Positions 1 to 7,958 are shown, numbered from the stretch's first letter. The stretch is DNA of 17,930 nt from a bacterium (GCA_043811375.1 JBDRNJ010000028.1:1-17930); one strand, 5' to 3'. Made by a program: numbers and translations. The notes: a model not told the origin generated them from the letters alone.

Positions 1-2
1 CG

Positions 3-908
3 AGTGCGCACGGCTGTCCCACCCAGGCGCTCTATCAACTCCGGAACACAGCGGGAGCAGATCAGATTGTACAGAACGGTCTCACCCGGGTGTTTGGCCA
101 ACAACGATTTGGCCACCAAAGCGGTAACCAGGTCCCCACCCAATGGTCGCCCGTGTCGATCGACTAAGAACATACGGTCGGCATCACCGTCAAAGGCCAC
201 CCCGAAGTCGGCCTTGGTGTCGGCGATGGCTCGCTGCAGATCAACCAGGTTTTCCGGCTCAATCGGGGAGGCGGGATGATTGGGGAAGTTGCCGTCCGGT
301 TCAAAGAACAGCTGGGTGACCTTAATGGGAAGCTGTTTCAGGACTGGAGGCAAGGTAGCTCCAGCGACACCATTACCGGCGTCGATAGCAATATGGTAGG
401 GCTTGACGGCCGCAATGTCGATAAACGACAGGCAGTGAGCGGCGTAGTCGGCGGCGATGTCTTTGCGCACGACTACGCCTCGTGACGGAGCTCTGGTGAT
501 CGGCTTATCCGCCTCAATCGCCTTGAGAATGAGGTTCAGTCCATCCTGTCCGGAAAGCGGTTCGGCTCTCTCGCGACAGATTTTGAAGCCATTGTATTGC
601 TTGGGATTGTGGCTGGCCGTGATCATGATACCGGCATCGTACTCGAAGCGACCAACCGCAAAGTAGAGTCCGTCGGTTGAGACCATTCCCAGGTCAATGA
701 CATCGGCGCCGGCGTCGTTGATTCCCCGCGCCAGATGCTCGAACAATTCGTCAGAAGACAGGCGCATGTCGCGACCGACGGCGATTGTCCTGGGTTTGAG
801 CAAATGAGACAAATGATAGCCGATCTGGAAGGCAATATTGCCGTTTACCTGATCGGGGAAGGTGCCACGAATATCGTAAGCCTTAAAAATCGAAGGATCT
901 ACAATCAT
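3..908 (-). CDS. Phosphomannomutase/phosphoglucomutase (alpha-D-phosphohexomutase family), 5' part; runs off the window edge
   Basis: Manual minus-strand translation (absent from the ORF track) begins MIVDPSIFKAYDIRGTFPDQ. It contains the phosphoserine loop GIMITASHNP and the metal-binding loop GVAFDGDADR. ATG at 908, with GAGG just upstream. Confidence 0.95.
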   Translation of the reverse strand, partial: MIVDPSIFKAYDIRGTFPDQVNGNIAFQIGYHLSHLLKPRTIAVGRDMRLSSDELFEHLARGINDAGADVIDLGMVSTDGLYFAVGRFEYDAGIMITASHNPKQYNGFKICRERAEPLSGQDGLNLILKAIEADKPITRAPSRGVVVRKDIAADYAAHCLSFIDIAAVKPYHIAIDAGNGVAGATLPPVLKQLPIKVTQLFFEPDGNFPNHPASPIEPENLVDLQRAIADTKADFGVAFDGDADRMFLVDRHGRPLGGDLVTALVAKSLLAKHPGETVLYNLICSRCVPELIERLGGTAVRT

Positions 909-1114
909 GGGTGTCCTCAATGTATAGACTCATACTACCGGATTTTTAACTACTGCGTCAATTTGAAATTTGAGTGCTTTGGCGCAGAACGCAAACATAA
1001 GGCTCGAAGGCGATCACCCGAAGCCGCGCTTCAGTCGGTTTGTAGCGGGTTGATGCTTGGTCCTGAGAGCCGATTCCCCCCCGTTACAGTGCTGCTGTGG
1101 AACGAAAAATGCTC

Positions 1115-1142
1115 TTGCTTTTTGGGCGCATTTGGTTATACT
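1115..1142 (+). promoter_or_regulatory. Candidate sigma70 promoter for the tRNA pair
   Basis: TTGCTT (1115-1120), 16-bp spacer, TATACT (1137-1142), then a GC-rich stretch; about 80 bp upstream of tRNA-Val. Confidence 0.5.
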
Positions 1143-1223
1143 GACAGGCCGTCGGAGGGTATCTTGCCTCTGGCAGGTTACTGTCCGGCGAGTGGTCTTT
1201 GACAAGTGTAAGCTGTACGGTAT

Positions 1224-1297
1224 GGGCGGTTAGCTCAGCTGGTTAGAGCACCTGCCTTACACGCAGGGGGTCACTGGTTCGAATCCAGTACCGCCCA
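1224..1297 (+). tRNA. tRNA-Val(TAC); CCA not encoded
   Basis: Cloverleaf: acceptor GGGCGGT/ACCGCCC, D arm GCTC/GAGC, anticodon stem CCTGC/GCAGG with TAC at 1258-1260, T arm ACTGG-TTCGAAT-CCAGT, discriminator A followed by TTT. Confidence 0.97.
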
Positions 1298-1479
1298 TTT
1301 TGGTGGGCAGACTGGATCTTTTGTGGACAGGACCGGAAACGCGGGCTGAAGTACCCCCAAGTTGGTGCGAGTCGGGGTAACCTGGATGGCGCGAGATCGC
1401 TGGTATACGTGATTGTCGCCAACGCCAGCGGGCCTATGGTTGCCTGATACCAATGCCGATACAGTGAAATACAGATGCC

Positions 1480-1553
1480 GGGGTTGTAGTTCAGTTGGTT
1501 AGAACGCCTGCCTGTCACGCAGGAGGCCGCGAGTTCGAGTCTCGTCAACCCCG
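1480..1553 (+). tRNA. tRNA-Asp(GTC); integration target; CCA not encoded in the integrated state
   Basis: Acceptor GGGGTTG/CAACCCC, D arm GTTC/GAAC, anticodon stem CCTGC/GCAGG with GTC at 1514-1516, T arm GCGAG-TTCGAGT-CTCGT, discriminator G followed by CTT. Confidence 0.97.
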
Positions 1554-3094
1554 CTTATTTTGTCAATAGACAGAACTTCACCATTGGGGGCGGCCTTCCG
1601 AAGATCAGGAAGAGTATATTCGACAGTGACTTGCGGGTAGTCCACGTCTATTTCCCTAACAAATGACCTTAGGAACGTCTGACGCTCCCATATACTCCCC
1701 TCCGCAAGAAGATCGTACATATCGTCGACGTAGCGTCGTAAGTCGGCCTTGCTGATGCCGGGCACCGTGCCCTGTTGACGTCGTTGGCATTCGAGCCTGT
1801 TCGCCTCTGCCTGAAGTGCGTCGACCTGGGCCTTCAACCTTTTGATTCGTGGAGCGAGGTCAGATAGCTCAAGCTCTCCCGATTCAAGGCAGGCATACAG
1901 GCGATCGAGCCTGTTCTGCGTCGCTTTGAGCTGATCGTTCACGGCTTCGACCTTGCCACTGCTCCCCTCTCGGGCTCGTCGAATCTCCTCGTTCGTCAAC
2001 TTCAGCAGCTCTGTGAGGTTTTCGGGCGTCAAGACCCGCTCCTTGATCTTCTCAACGACCGCTCTCTCCAGTGCGCCAACCGGCACCATCTTGGCATCGC
2101 ACACATCGCTGCCCTTGCGGAGATGATTGTAGCAACCGTAGTACCGGTAATTGCCGGACTTGGCGCTGCCTCCCTGCATGGCCCGTCCGCACTTTCCACA
2201 GCGAACGAGGCCACTCAGCAGATAGGACGAACTCTGCCGCCGAGGATGATAGAGATTCGGATTCCGGCTATCCATTAGTAGCTGAGCTGTGTCAAACTGT
2301 TCCCTCGGAACTATCGGCTCACAGTAGTCGTCCACCTCGAACCTCTCTTCCCCGGGCTTGAGCTCCCGGTGCATGGCATATACGTATTTACCAATCACGA
2401 TCGGATTCCGAAGAACGCGATAAACCGCCATCTTCGCCCACTTTTTCCCGCGCCGGGTCAAGAATCCGCGCCGGTTCAACTCCTTTGCAATCTCTTTTGC
2501 TCCATGACCCTCACAGCAACGGTTGAATATCAGTGCCACGGTCGATGCGGACTCCTGGTCCGGTACGAGCTTCCGACGCTTGGTAGCACTATCCCGGATG
2601 GTCTCGTGCTTGTAGCCGAAGGGGGGATACCCGCCGTTGCAAAAGCCTCGTAGAGCATTCTCTTTCAGCCCTCGCTTGGTATCCTGAGACAGGTTAGCGG
2701 AGTAGAACTCGTCAATAGATTCTATCATGCCTTCCAGCAACGCACCTACCGGGCTATCGTCAACGGGCTCGTTGATCGAGACTACCTGAATCCCCCGCCT
2801 GCGGAGAAGAGACTTGTAGACAATGGAGTCTTCACGATTGCGGGCAAACCGTGACAGCTTCCAGAGCAAAATAGCGTCGAACGGCTTCGGCTTGGCCTTG
2901 GCCAAGGATATCATCTCCTGGAATGCCGGCCGATTCGCTGTCCGCGCGCTCTCGGCTTCGTCGATGAACTCCCTGACGATTTCGTAGCCCTTCTCAGCGG
3001 CGTACTTACGCAGTGCCCTCAGTTGGGCGGATATCGACAGGTCCTTTTCTGCCTGCCGCTCCGACGAGACTCTTGCGTACAGGACTGCGTTCAT
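1499..3094 (-). CDS. Large serine recombinase (integrase), 531 aa
   Basis: Catalytic motif YARVSS, then SRFARN, a recombinase domain (GGYPPFGY), a zinc ribbon (LSGLVRCGKCG...YYGC...C) and a coiled coil. The 3' end reads antisense through tRNA-Asp. Confidence 0.96.
   Translation of the reverse strand: MNAVLYARVSSERQAEKDLSISAQLRALRKYAAEKGYEIVREFIDEAESARTANRPAFQEMISLAKAKPKPFDAILLWKLSRFARNREDSIVYKSLLRRRGIQVVSINEPVDDSPVGALLEGMIESIDEFYSANLSQDTKRGLKENALRGFCNGGYPPFGYKHETIRDSATKRRKLVPDQESASTVALIFNRCCEGHGAKEIAKELNRRGFLTRRGKKWAKMAVYRVLRNPIVIGKYVYAMHRELKPGEERFEVDDYCEPIVPREQFDTAQLLMDSRNPNLYHPRRQSSSYLLSGLVRCGKCGRAMQGGSAKSGNYRYYGCYNHLRKGSDVCDAKMVPVGALERAVVEKIKERVLTPENLTELLKLTNEEIRRAREGSSGKVEAVNDQLKATQNRLDRLYACLESGELELSDLAPRIKRLKAQVDALQAEANRLECQRRQQGTVPGISKADLRRYVDDMYDLLAEGSIWERQTFLRSFVREIDVDYPQVTVEYTLPDLRKAAPNGEVLSIDKISGVDETRTRGLLRDRQAF
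1543..1554 (+). repeat. attL core CGTCAACCCCGC
   Basis: Identical to 16949-16960; overlaps the tRNA-Asp acceptor 3' strand and the recombinase ORF. Confidence 0.9.
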
Positions 3095-3942
3095 ATCAAA
3101 CCTCCCAGAAACGACGTTTGGGGATCATCCATTCTTAGTAACGCGCAAACTTGGTTGATGCCGTGAGGTTTCAGGTCGACGACGTAGTCGTGGCCCCTTG
3201 TTGAGCCAAACACCGTAGCGGGCAGCTCAGTCTCTATCGGCACCCTGTCATTCATACAAACTGCTATGGAGTCATCGTAAGTTATGCCGTCTCCAGCCCT
3301 CCAATACCTGTGGAAGCGCTTGGACTTCACAGCGTATCGCACGCGGAACGGATGTTCGGAGTCATCGTCGTTCGAGTTCGGTTCGATGTATACCGCAGCG
3401 CATAGGCCCGGATGCGCCTGCACGTATCGAATGGTTGTAGCTTCGAACGAGGCCACGTAACGGTGCGACAGGGCCTTAATCGTCGCTATCTCCGTGGGCA
3501 TGCTCGTAGCATCTGCCACGAAACAGCCCTGCGGGAATAGTATAAGGCCAGCGTATTCAAACGCTTCTCTCTCAAAACCCTTCAGACCAATATCCGGTAT
3601 GGAAGCACACTCGCACGCGAAGTCGTATCCATTGTGCCAGGGGAGATCGTAGTGTCCGATTTCGTGCAAAACGCTGAGTCTCTGTCGTTCAAGACTATCG
3701 CCTGCCTTAATCACAATCTGCGCGTCATCGCCCCGTGCAATCATGAAGGCAGGCACATGCATTTCCAAGCCTGCTCTTCTCCTCAACTCATCTACGCTGC
3801 TGTCATCTATCCCAACCAACTCGATGTCGAAGTATGCCAGAATCGGGTCGATTGGAATCGGCGGCTCCTTCACGCCCACGTCGCGCAGGGTCCGTCCAGC
3901 GTAGAATCCGATGTCATGCGTCACCACCGTGTCGTAGCGCAA
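3091..3942 (-). CDS. ImmA/IrrE-family Zn metallopeptidase (anti-repressor), 283 aa
   Basis: R-x-S-x-x-HEIGH zinc motif, followed by EREAFEYAGLILFP, an HTH-like segment and a C-terminal extension. TTG start 3 bp after the repressor stop; ATGA overlap with the integrase start. Confidence 0.88.
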   Translation of the reverse strand: MRYDTVVTHDIGFYAGRTLRDVGVKEPPIPIDPILAYFDIELVGIDDSSVDELRRRAGLEMHVPAFMIARGDDAQIVIKAGDSLERQRLSVLHEIGHYDLPWHNGYDFACECASIPDIGLKGFEREAFEYAGLILFPQGCFVADATSMPTEIATIKALSHRYVASFEATTIRYVQAHPGLCAAVYIEPNSNDDDSEHPFRVRYAVKSKRFHRYWRAGDGITYDDSIAVCMNDRVPIETELPATVFGSTRGHDYVVDLKPHGINQVCALLRMDDPQTSFLGGLI

Positions 3943-3945
3943 AAC

Positions 3946-4305
3946 CTATCCCTTGTCATCCTTCTCCTGCATTATCAGGAACTTGACGTAGTCGAGCAGC
4001 TCCCGCCTCTTACCCTCGGAGAGCTTCTCATACCCTCGGAAGATCACGTTAGCTCTTTCATCGGTCCGAAGTGCCTCGTCGAACTCCATTCGCTCAGCAT
4101 TGCTCACCAAGAAGTCTACGCTTACGCGTAGGGCCCGGGCCAGCCCCGCGAGCTTGTCAGACTTCAGTTGAGTGACTTCTCCAGACTCCAACCTAGAGAT
4201 TGTAGCTTGAGCCAAGCCTGACTTGCGGGCCAGGTCCGCTTGACTTAGACCTAACTCGTGCCGCTTGACCTTGATCTTCTCGGCCAGTTGAACGTCTTTT
4301 GTCAT
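3946..4305 (-). CDS. XRE-family HTH repressor (ImmR-like)
   Basis: LSQADLARKSGLAQATISRLESG...LARALRVSVDFL plus a C-terminal helix. ATG at 4305 has GAGG upstream, so it is preferred over the ORF-track start at 4338. Confidence 0.92.
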   Translation of the reverse strand: MTKDVQLAEKIKVKRHELGLSQADLARKSGLAQATISRLESGEVTQLKSDKLAGLARALRVSVDFLVSNAERMEFDEALRTDERANVIFRGYEKLSEGKRRELLDYVKFLIMQEKDDKG

Positions 4306-4337
4306 TGTTTCATCCTCATCCTTCGCCTTTAGCATCA

Positions 4338-4506
4338 ACTATATGCATCCCCACAAGATATTTGTCAACAGAAATCTATAGGATCTTCACTGATTAGTGA
4401 TGTTCTGACATGACCAGCCAATAAGTGTCATTATTTGCTTGACTTACAGAGTGCTTATGTGCATTCTGCTCGTTGAGAGACAGGAGTATTGCGCCAACGA
4501 CAATAC
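4338..4506. promoter_or_regulatory. Divergent promoter/operator region between the repressor and the Cro-like gene
   Basis: Minus strand: TTGACA (4368-4363) with TATAGT (4343-4338, 19-bp spacer). Plus strand: TTGACT (4439-4444) with CATTCT (4462-4467, 17-bp spacer). Inverted repeats TCACT/AGTGA (4387-4400), TGACA/TGTCA (4406-4430) and GTATTG/CAATAC (4486-4506). Confidence 0.5.
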
Positions 4507-4560
4507 GTCACTGCATAGGAAATATGTGGTTTGTCAGACAACTCGAATCCCACGGATAGG

Positions 4561-4776
4561 ATGAAGCAGAAGTACCGTGCTCGTGTGCTGGAGTGCCGCC
4601 TCAGCGCACACATCCCCAAGCAGAAGGACCTCGCCCGACTGACTGGCATCGCTCCGACCATCATCAGCGAGCTGGAGTCTGGTGCGCTCTTCCTTTCATC
4701 CCCATACGCACTGGCGATAGCCGAAGCCTGTAAGTGCAGCCTCGACAACCTCTTTGAAGTGCGAACCAGGAGATAG
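4561..4776 (+). CDS. Small Cro-like XRE HTH protein (71 aa from ATG 4561)
   Basis: QKDLARLTGIAPTIISELESG...AIAEACKCSLDNLF fits the HTH_3 pattern; divergent from the repressor; GGATAGG lies before the ATG (alternative TTG start at 4531). Confidence 0.85.
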   Translation: MKQKYRARVLECRLSAHIPKQKDLARLTGIAPTIISELESGALFLSSPYALAIAEACKCSLDNLFEVRTRR

Positions 4777-4779
4777 TCT

Positions 4780-4956
4780 GTGACCGCCGTCATTGACAAC
4801 AGCCACAGCCACGATCAGGGCCTCGCCATCCTTGCCCGCCTTATCGCTCGCACGGTTGTCCGTGATTGTCAGAAACAGGACCGAGCCACTACAGATCACA
4901 AGAGTGTGGCGGCGGCATACCCCATCAGCAGTAGCGTTCTGGAGAAAACTGCATGA
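4780..4956 (+). CDS. Small hypothetical protein, 58 aa (not in the ORF track)
   Basis: GTG at 4780 with AGGAG 7 nt upstream; translation MTAVIDNSHSHDQGLAILARLIARTVVRDCQKQDRATTDHKSVAAAYPISSSVLEKTA. It fills the gap between two genes exactly, and its stop overlaps the primase start (ATGA). Confidence 0.75.
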   Translation: MTAVIDNSHSHDQGLAILARLIARTVVRDCQKQDRATTDHKSVAAAYPISSSVLEKTA

Positions 4957-7490
4957 ATGAGATCGAATTCCGTCAGGTTGTCGACCAGATCAAGAATGCC
5001 GTCAATATCTTAGAGGTCATCGGCGCCCACGTGGAACTCAATAGCCGCAATATGGGCTGTTGTCCCTTTCACGAAGACAGCAATCCCAGCTTCTCGGTCA
5101 ATCCCGACGGCCAGTATTTCCACTGCTTCGGCTGCGGGAAAGGTGGCGACGTGATCCGCTTCGTTGAGCTGATCGAGGGCCTCCCATTCACAGAGGCTGC
5201 CAGCAAACTCGCCGGTCTGACAGGCATTCCGTTCAAGAATCTTGATGAAGATCAGATACGAACAATGAGCGAAGCGCGTCAGGTAGCAGACGTTCTGACA
5301 GCCACCGCCCGGTACTATCATGCGAGTCTGTCTACCGAGGCGGCAGATTACCTCCGCAAGGATCGAGGCTTCACGGACGAAATAATCGGGAAGTTCTGCC
5401 TCGGCTGGGCGGGTGGTAGCCTCAGGCATCATTTGACCCAGGATTGCCGGTTCTCAATGGAACTTTGCCTCAGAGCAGGCGTGCTCAAAGAGACGGATCA
5501 AGGGCCAGTACGCGACTACTTTTACCAACGGATCATCTTTCCCAATTGGAAGGCCGGACGAGTGGTTCACTTGACAGGTCGCACGCTCGATGATAAAGGT
5601 CCGAAATACCTGCACTTGCCAGGCTCAATGCACTACCTTTTCACTGAGGATGCGCTCCGGAACGAGCAAGTCGTTCTCTGCGAGGGGGCTCCCGACTGCA
5701 TCACTGCCGTTCAGGCTGGTTGGCCTGCCGTCTCTATACTCGGCACCAGCCAGTTCAATGAGTCGTATCCAGACCGCTTCCGGAAATGCAAATCGGTCTA
5801 CGTCTGTCTTGACGGGGACGATGCCGGTCGCAATGCTGCCAGTAGGATAGGTCGATGGCTGCCTGACAAAGCAATCGTTGTGGCTATGCCTGACGGCGTC
5901 GACATCAATGATTACCTGATGCGGAACACACCGGAGAAATTCCAGACCCTGCTGGACGAAGGAAAACGCTATCTTGACCTGGAAATCGACCGGATTTCAA
6001 CGATCCCGGAGAATAGACGAATGGACGAGGTCCGGGAGTTTCTGCCGTTGCTTTTCGGACTTGATGATTTCGACCGCCAGCGTTACATCGACAGGGTCAA
6101 GCGTGAATTCAAGCTCAACAAGAAGACAATCGAAGCAGGCGTTTACGCAGGCAAGGCCGACAAGCCCGATCCGCCACTCGAGGGCGAACCTGAGAAAGAG
6201 CAGCCTATCACTGACACTGAGCGAGAACAGGCCCTGGAGTTGCTCCGAGACCCTGATCTCATCGAGAAGATCGGCTCCGTGTTGACCGACTTGGGCTGTG
6301 TCGGAGAAGGGAACAATAAGGTCATCGTCTACATGGCCTTGACGTCGCGGATTCTGGAGCACCCGATTAGTCTGATAGTGAAAGGCGAGAGTTCCGCCGG
6401 CAAGAGCTACTTGGTCGAGACTGTCACCAAACTCTTCCCAGAGGAGGACATTCTCAAATTCACGGCCATCACTCCAAAGGCCCTCTTCCACCGGAAGGGC
6501 GGACTCGAACACAAGGGGTTGATTGTGTTTGAGCGGCCCGGTGCCGAAGAGAGCGACTACTCGATTCGGTCACTCCAATCGGAAGGGAAGCTGCTGATCA
6601 CCATGTCGATTAAGGACCCGGAAACCGGAGAGTGGATCAATCACGACAAAGTGGTGCCGGGCCCCGTAGCCTACATTGAGACCACCACGCAGACTCACAT
6701 CCACGCCGAAAACGAAACAAGGTGTTTCGAAATCTATATCGATGAATCGGAAGAACAGACTCGCCTGGTTCACGAAGCTCAGAAAGAGCGCTTCCGTGCG
6801 CCAGGAGAGCAGCGAGCCGTTGATACGAGACCGTGGGTAGTAGCTCAACGCATCCTTGAGCCTCTTCCGGTCATCATTGACTACATCGACCTGATCCCCT
6901 TCCCTACCAAACCTCTGCGCGTGCGACGCGATCACGATCGTCTCCTGACTCTGATTGAGGCGAGCGCAACCCTTCACCAACACCAGAGGGAGAGGCGAAC
7001 AATCGATGGCCAGGAGTATCTGATCGCCGGACTCGAAGACTACGTAGTGGCATATAGTCTCGCCACAGACGTCTTGCAACAGACCATCAAGCAGATCACG
7101 CCGCAGGCCGAGAAGCTCGCCAACCTGATCGACCGCCTACAAGGCGAAAACGGCGGACAACCAATCACCAACAGGGAGATTGTTGATGGTCACGAGGCCA
7201 CCGGCAATACGGTCAAGAAGTACCTCCGTGAGCTCATCAAGCAGGGAGTCGTCGAGGAGGATCGCTCGGGAAAGGCACACCTGTTTAGTATTCTGAGGAT
7301 GCCTGATAAGGAAACATGTCTACTTGTTCATCCCGAAGAGCTTCGGAGGCGATTCGAGGCGCAACAGGAATCGCATCTCCCCAAACCTAACCAAATGCCC
7401 ATTGGTGGGATTAAGGATGGAATTGAAAACGACTTAACCCAACCTCACCAACCTACCCAAGGGTGTGAAGGGAGGTCAAATGAGCTTTAG
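4953..7490 (+). CDS. DnaG-type primase (CHC2 zinc finger + TOPRIM) fused to a P-loop ATPase/putative helicase and a C-terminal wHTH-like domain, 845 aa
   Basis: CPFHEDSNPSF...HCFGCG zinc finger; RIIFP and GPKYL primase core; TOPRIM CEGAPD and LDGDDAG; Walker A GESSAGKS (nt 6384-6407); NTVKKYLRELIKQGVV wHTH-like end. Confidence 0.9.
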   Translation: MNEIEFRQVVDQIKNAVNILEVIGAHVELNSRNMGCCPFHEDSNPSFSVNPDGQYFHCFGCGKGGDVIRFVELIEGLPFTEAASKLAGLTGIPFKNLDEDQIRTMSEARQVADVLTATARYYHASLSTEAADYLRKDRGFTDEIIGKFCLGWAGGSLRHHLTQDCRFSMELCLRAGVLKETDQGPVRDYFYQRIIFPNWKAGRVVHLTGRTLDDKGPKYLHLPGSMHYLFTEDALRNEQVVLCEGAPDCITAVQAGWPAVSILGTSQFNESYPDRFRKCKSVYVCLDGDDAGRNAASRIGRWLPDKAIVVAMPDGVDINDYLMRNTPEKFQTLLDEGKRYLDLEIDRISTIPENRRMDEVREFLPLLFGLDDFDRQRYIDRVKREFKLNKKTIEAGVYAGKADKPDPPLEGEPEKEQPITDTEREQALELLRDPDLIEKIGSVLTDLGCVGEGNNKVIVYMALTSRILEHPISLIVKGESSAGKSYLVETVTKLFPEEDILKFTAITPKALFHRKGGLEHKGLIVFERPGAEESDYSIRSLQSEGKLLITMSIKDPETGEWINHDKVVPGPVAYIETTTQTHIHAENETRCFEIYIDESEEQTRLVHEAQKERFRAPGEQRAVDTRPWVVAQRILEPLPVIIDYIDLIPFPTKPLRVRRDHDRLLTLIEASATLHQHQRERRTIDGQEYLIAGLEDYVVAYSLATDVLQQTIKQITPQAEKLANLIDRLQGENGGQPITNREIVDGHEATGNTVKKYLRELIKQGVVEEDRSGKAHLFSILRMPDKETCLLVHPEELRRRFEAQQESHLPKPNQMPIGGIKDGIENDLTQPHQPTQGCEGRSNEL

Positions 7491-7615
7491 CACGAACGTT
7501 TGTTTTAACCCCTCGTTTTCCGTGGCGATATTGGTGAGATGTGCCTTAGACGTTGGGCCTCAAAAGGATAACCTGACCAACGCCAACTTGGTCACATTTG
7601 GTGAGATGGGGAGGT
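7375..7615. repeat. Cluster of degenerate 10-bp repeats (AYCTNACCAA-like) in both orientations; candidate replication origin
   Basis: Forward: ATCTCCCCAA 7375, ACCTAACCAA 7385, ACCTCACCAA 7442, ACCTACCCAA 7451, ACCTGACCAA 7571. Inverted: TTGGTGGGAT 7402, TTGGTGAGAT 7531, TTGGTCACAT 7588, TTGGTGAGAT 7598. Confidence 0.75.
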
Positions 7616-7618
7616 CGC

Positions 7619-7957
7619 ATGCCTAACGTGGTGGAATTCCTGCGAAGCTTCCGTGGGCGGTCCAAGGTCCCGAAGCCGCCTGAACTGTCTGCCGTTGTGG
7701 CTGAAGGCGTGCTCTCCATGTCCGCCACCGAGTTCCGCGACGCCAATCTGGCTGTGTTGGTGCGAAGCTATCTACTGGGCGAGGATATCGTCTTAGCTTC
7801 AAATGACCGATGCCGTGTGCTGTATGGCCACAAATACGTCACCTACCTGCCAGAGGAACTCATGGCTGTTTACCAACTATCACCCGATTTCGTTAAGAGA
7901 ATCCACCACATCAAGAAGTTGTGCGACGGTGAAATCCTCGCAGAGGGAGTTCTATAA
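7619..7957 (+). CDS. Hypothetical protein, 112 aa
   Basis: ATG at 7619 preceded by GGAGGT; stop lies 1 bp before the next ATG; no recognisable motif. Confidence 0.7.
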   Translation: MPNVVEFLRSFRGRSKVPKPPELSAVVAEGVLSMSATEFRDANLAVLVRSYLLGEDIVLASNDRCRVLYGHKYVTYLPEELMAVYQLSPDFVKRIHHIKKLCDGEILAEGVL

Positions 7958-7958
7958 C

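Noticed and set aside
4..1205. ORF-track entries 4-279, 276-485, 457-666, 623-835, 735-1202 and 1014-1205
   Set aside because: They are shadow or alternative frames of the phosphohexomutase gene or span the promoter region, and show no protein motifs.
1350..1360. AGTACCCCCAA as a possible att remnant of the tRNA-Val 3' end
   Set aside because: Only 9 of 11 bases match and no integrase is associated; compatible with chance.
1243..1548. Minus-strand ORFs of 101 and 60 aa
   Set aside because: Their ends are antisense translations of the tRNA genes; there is no independent coding evidence.
7375..7615. Repeat cluster as a CRISPR array
   Set aside because: The units are about 10 bp, degenerate and in both orientations, with no regular spacers and no cas genes.
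7803..7958. ORF-track N-terminal extension of the NAxKHG protein
   Set aside because: It overlaps the upstream gene; ATG 7959 has a good RBS and the conserved motif starts right after it.
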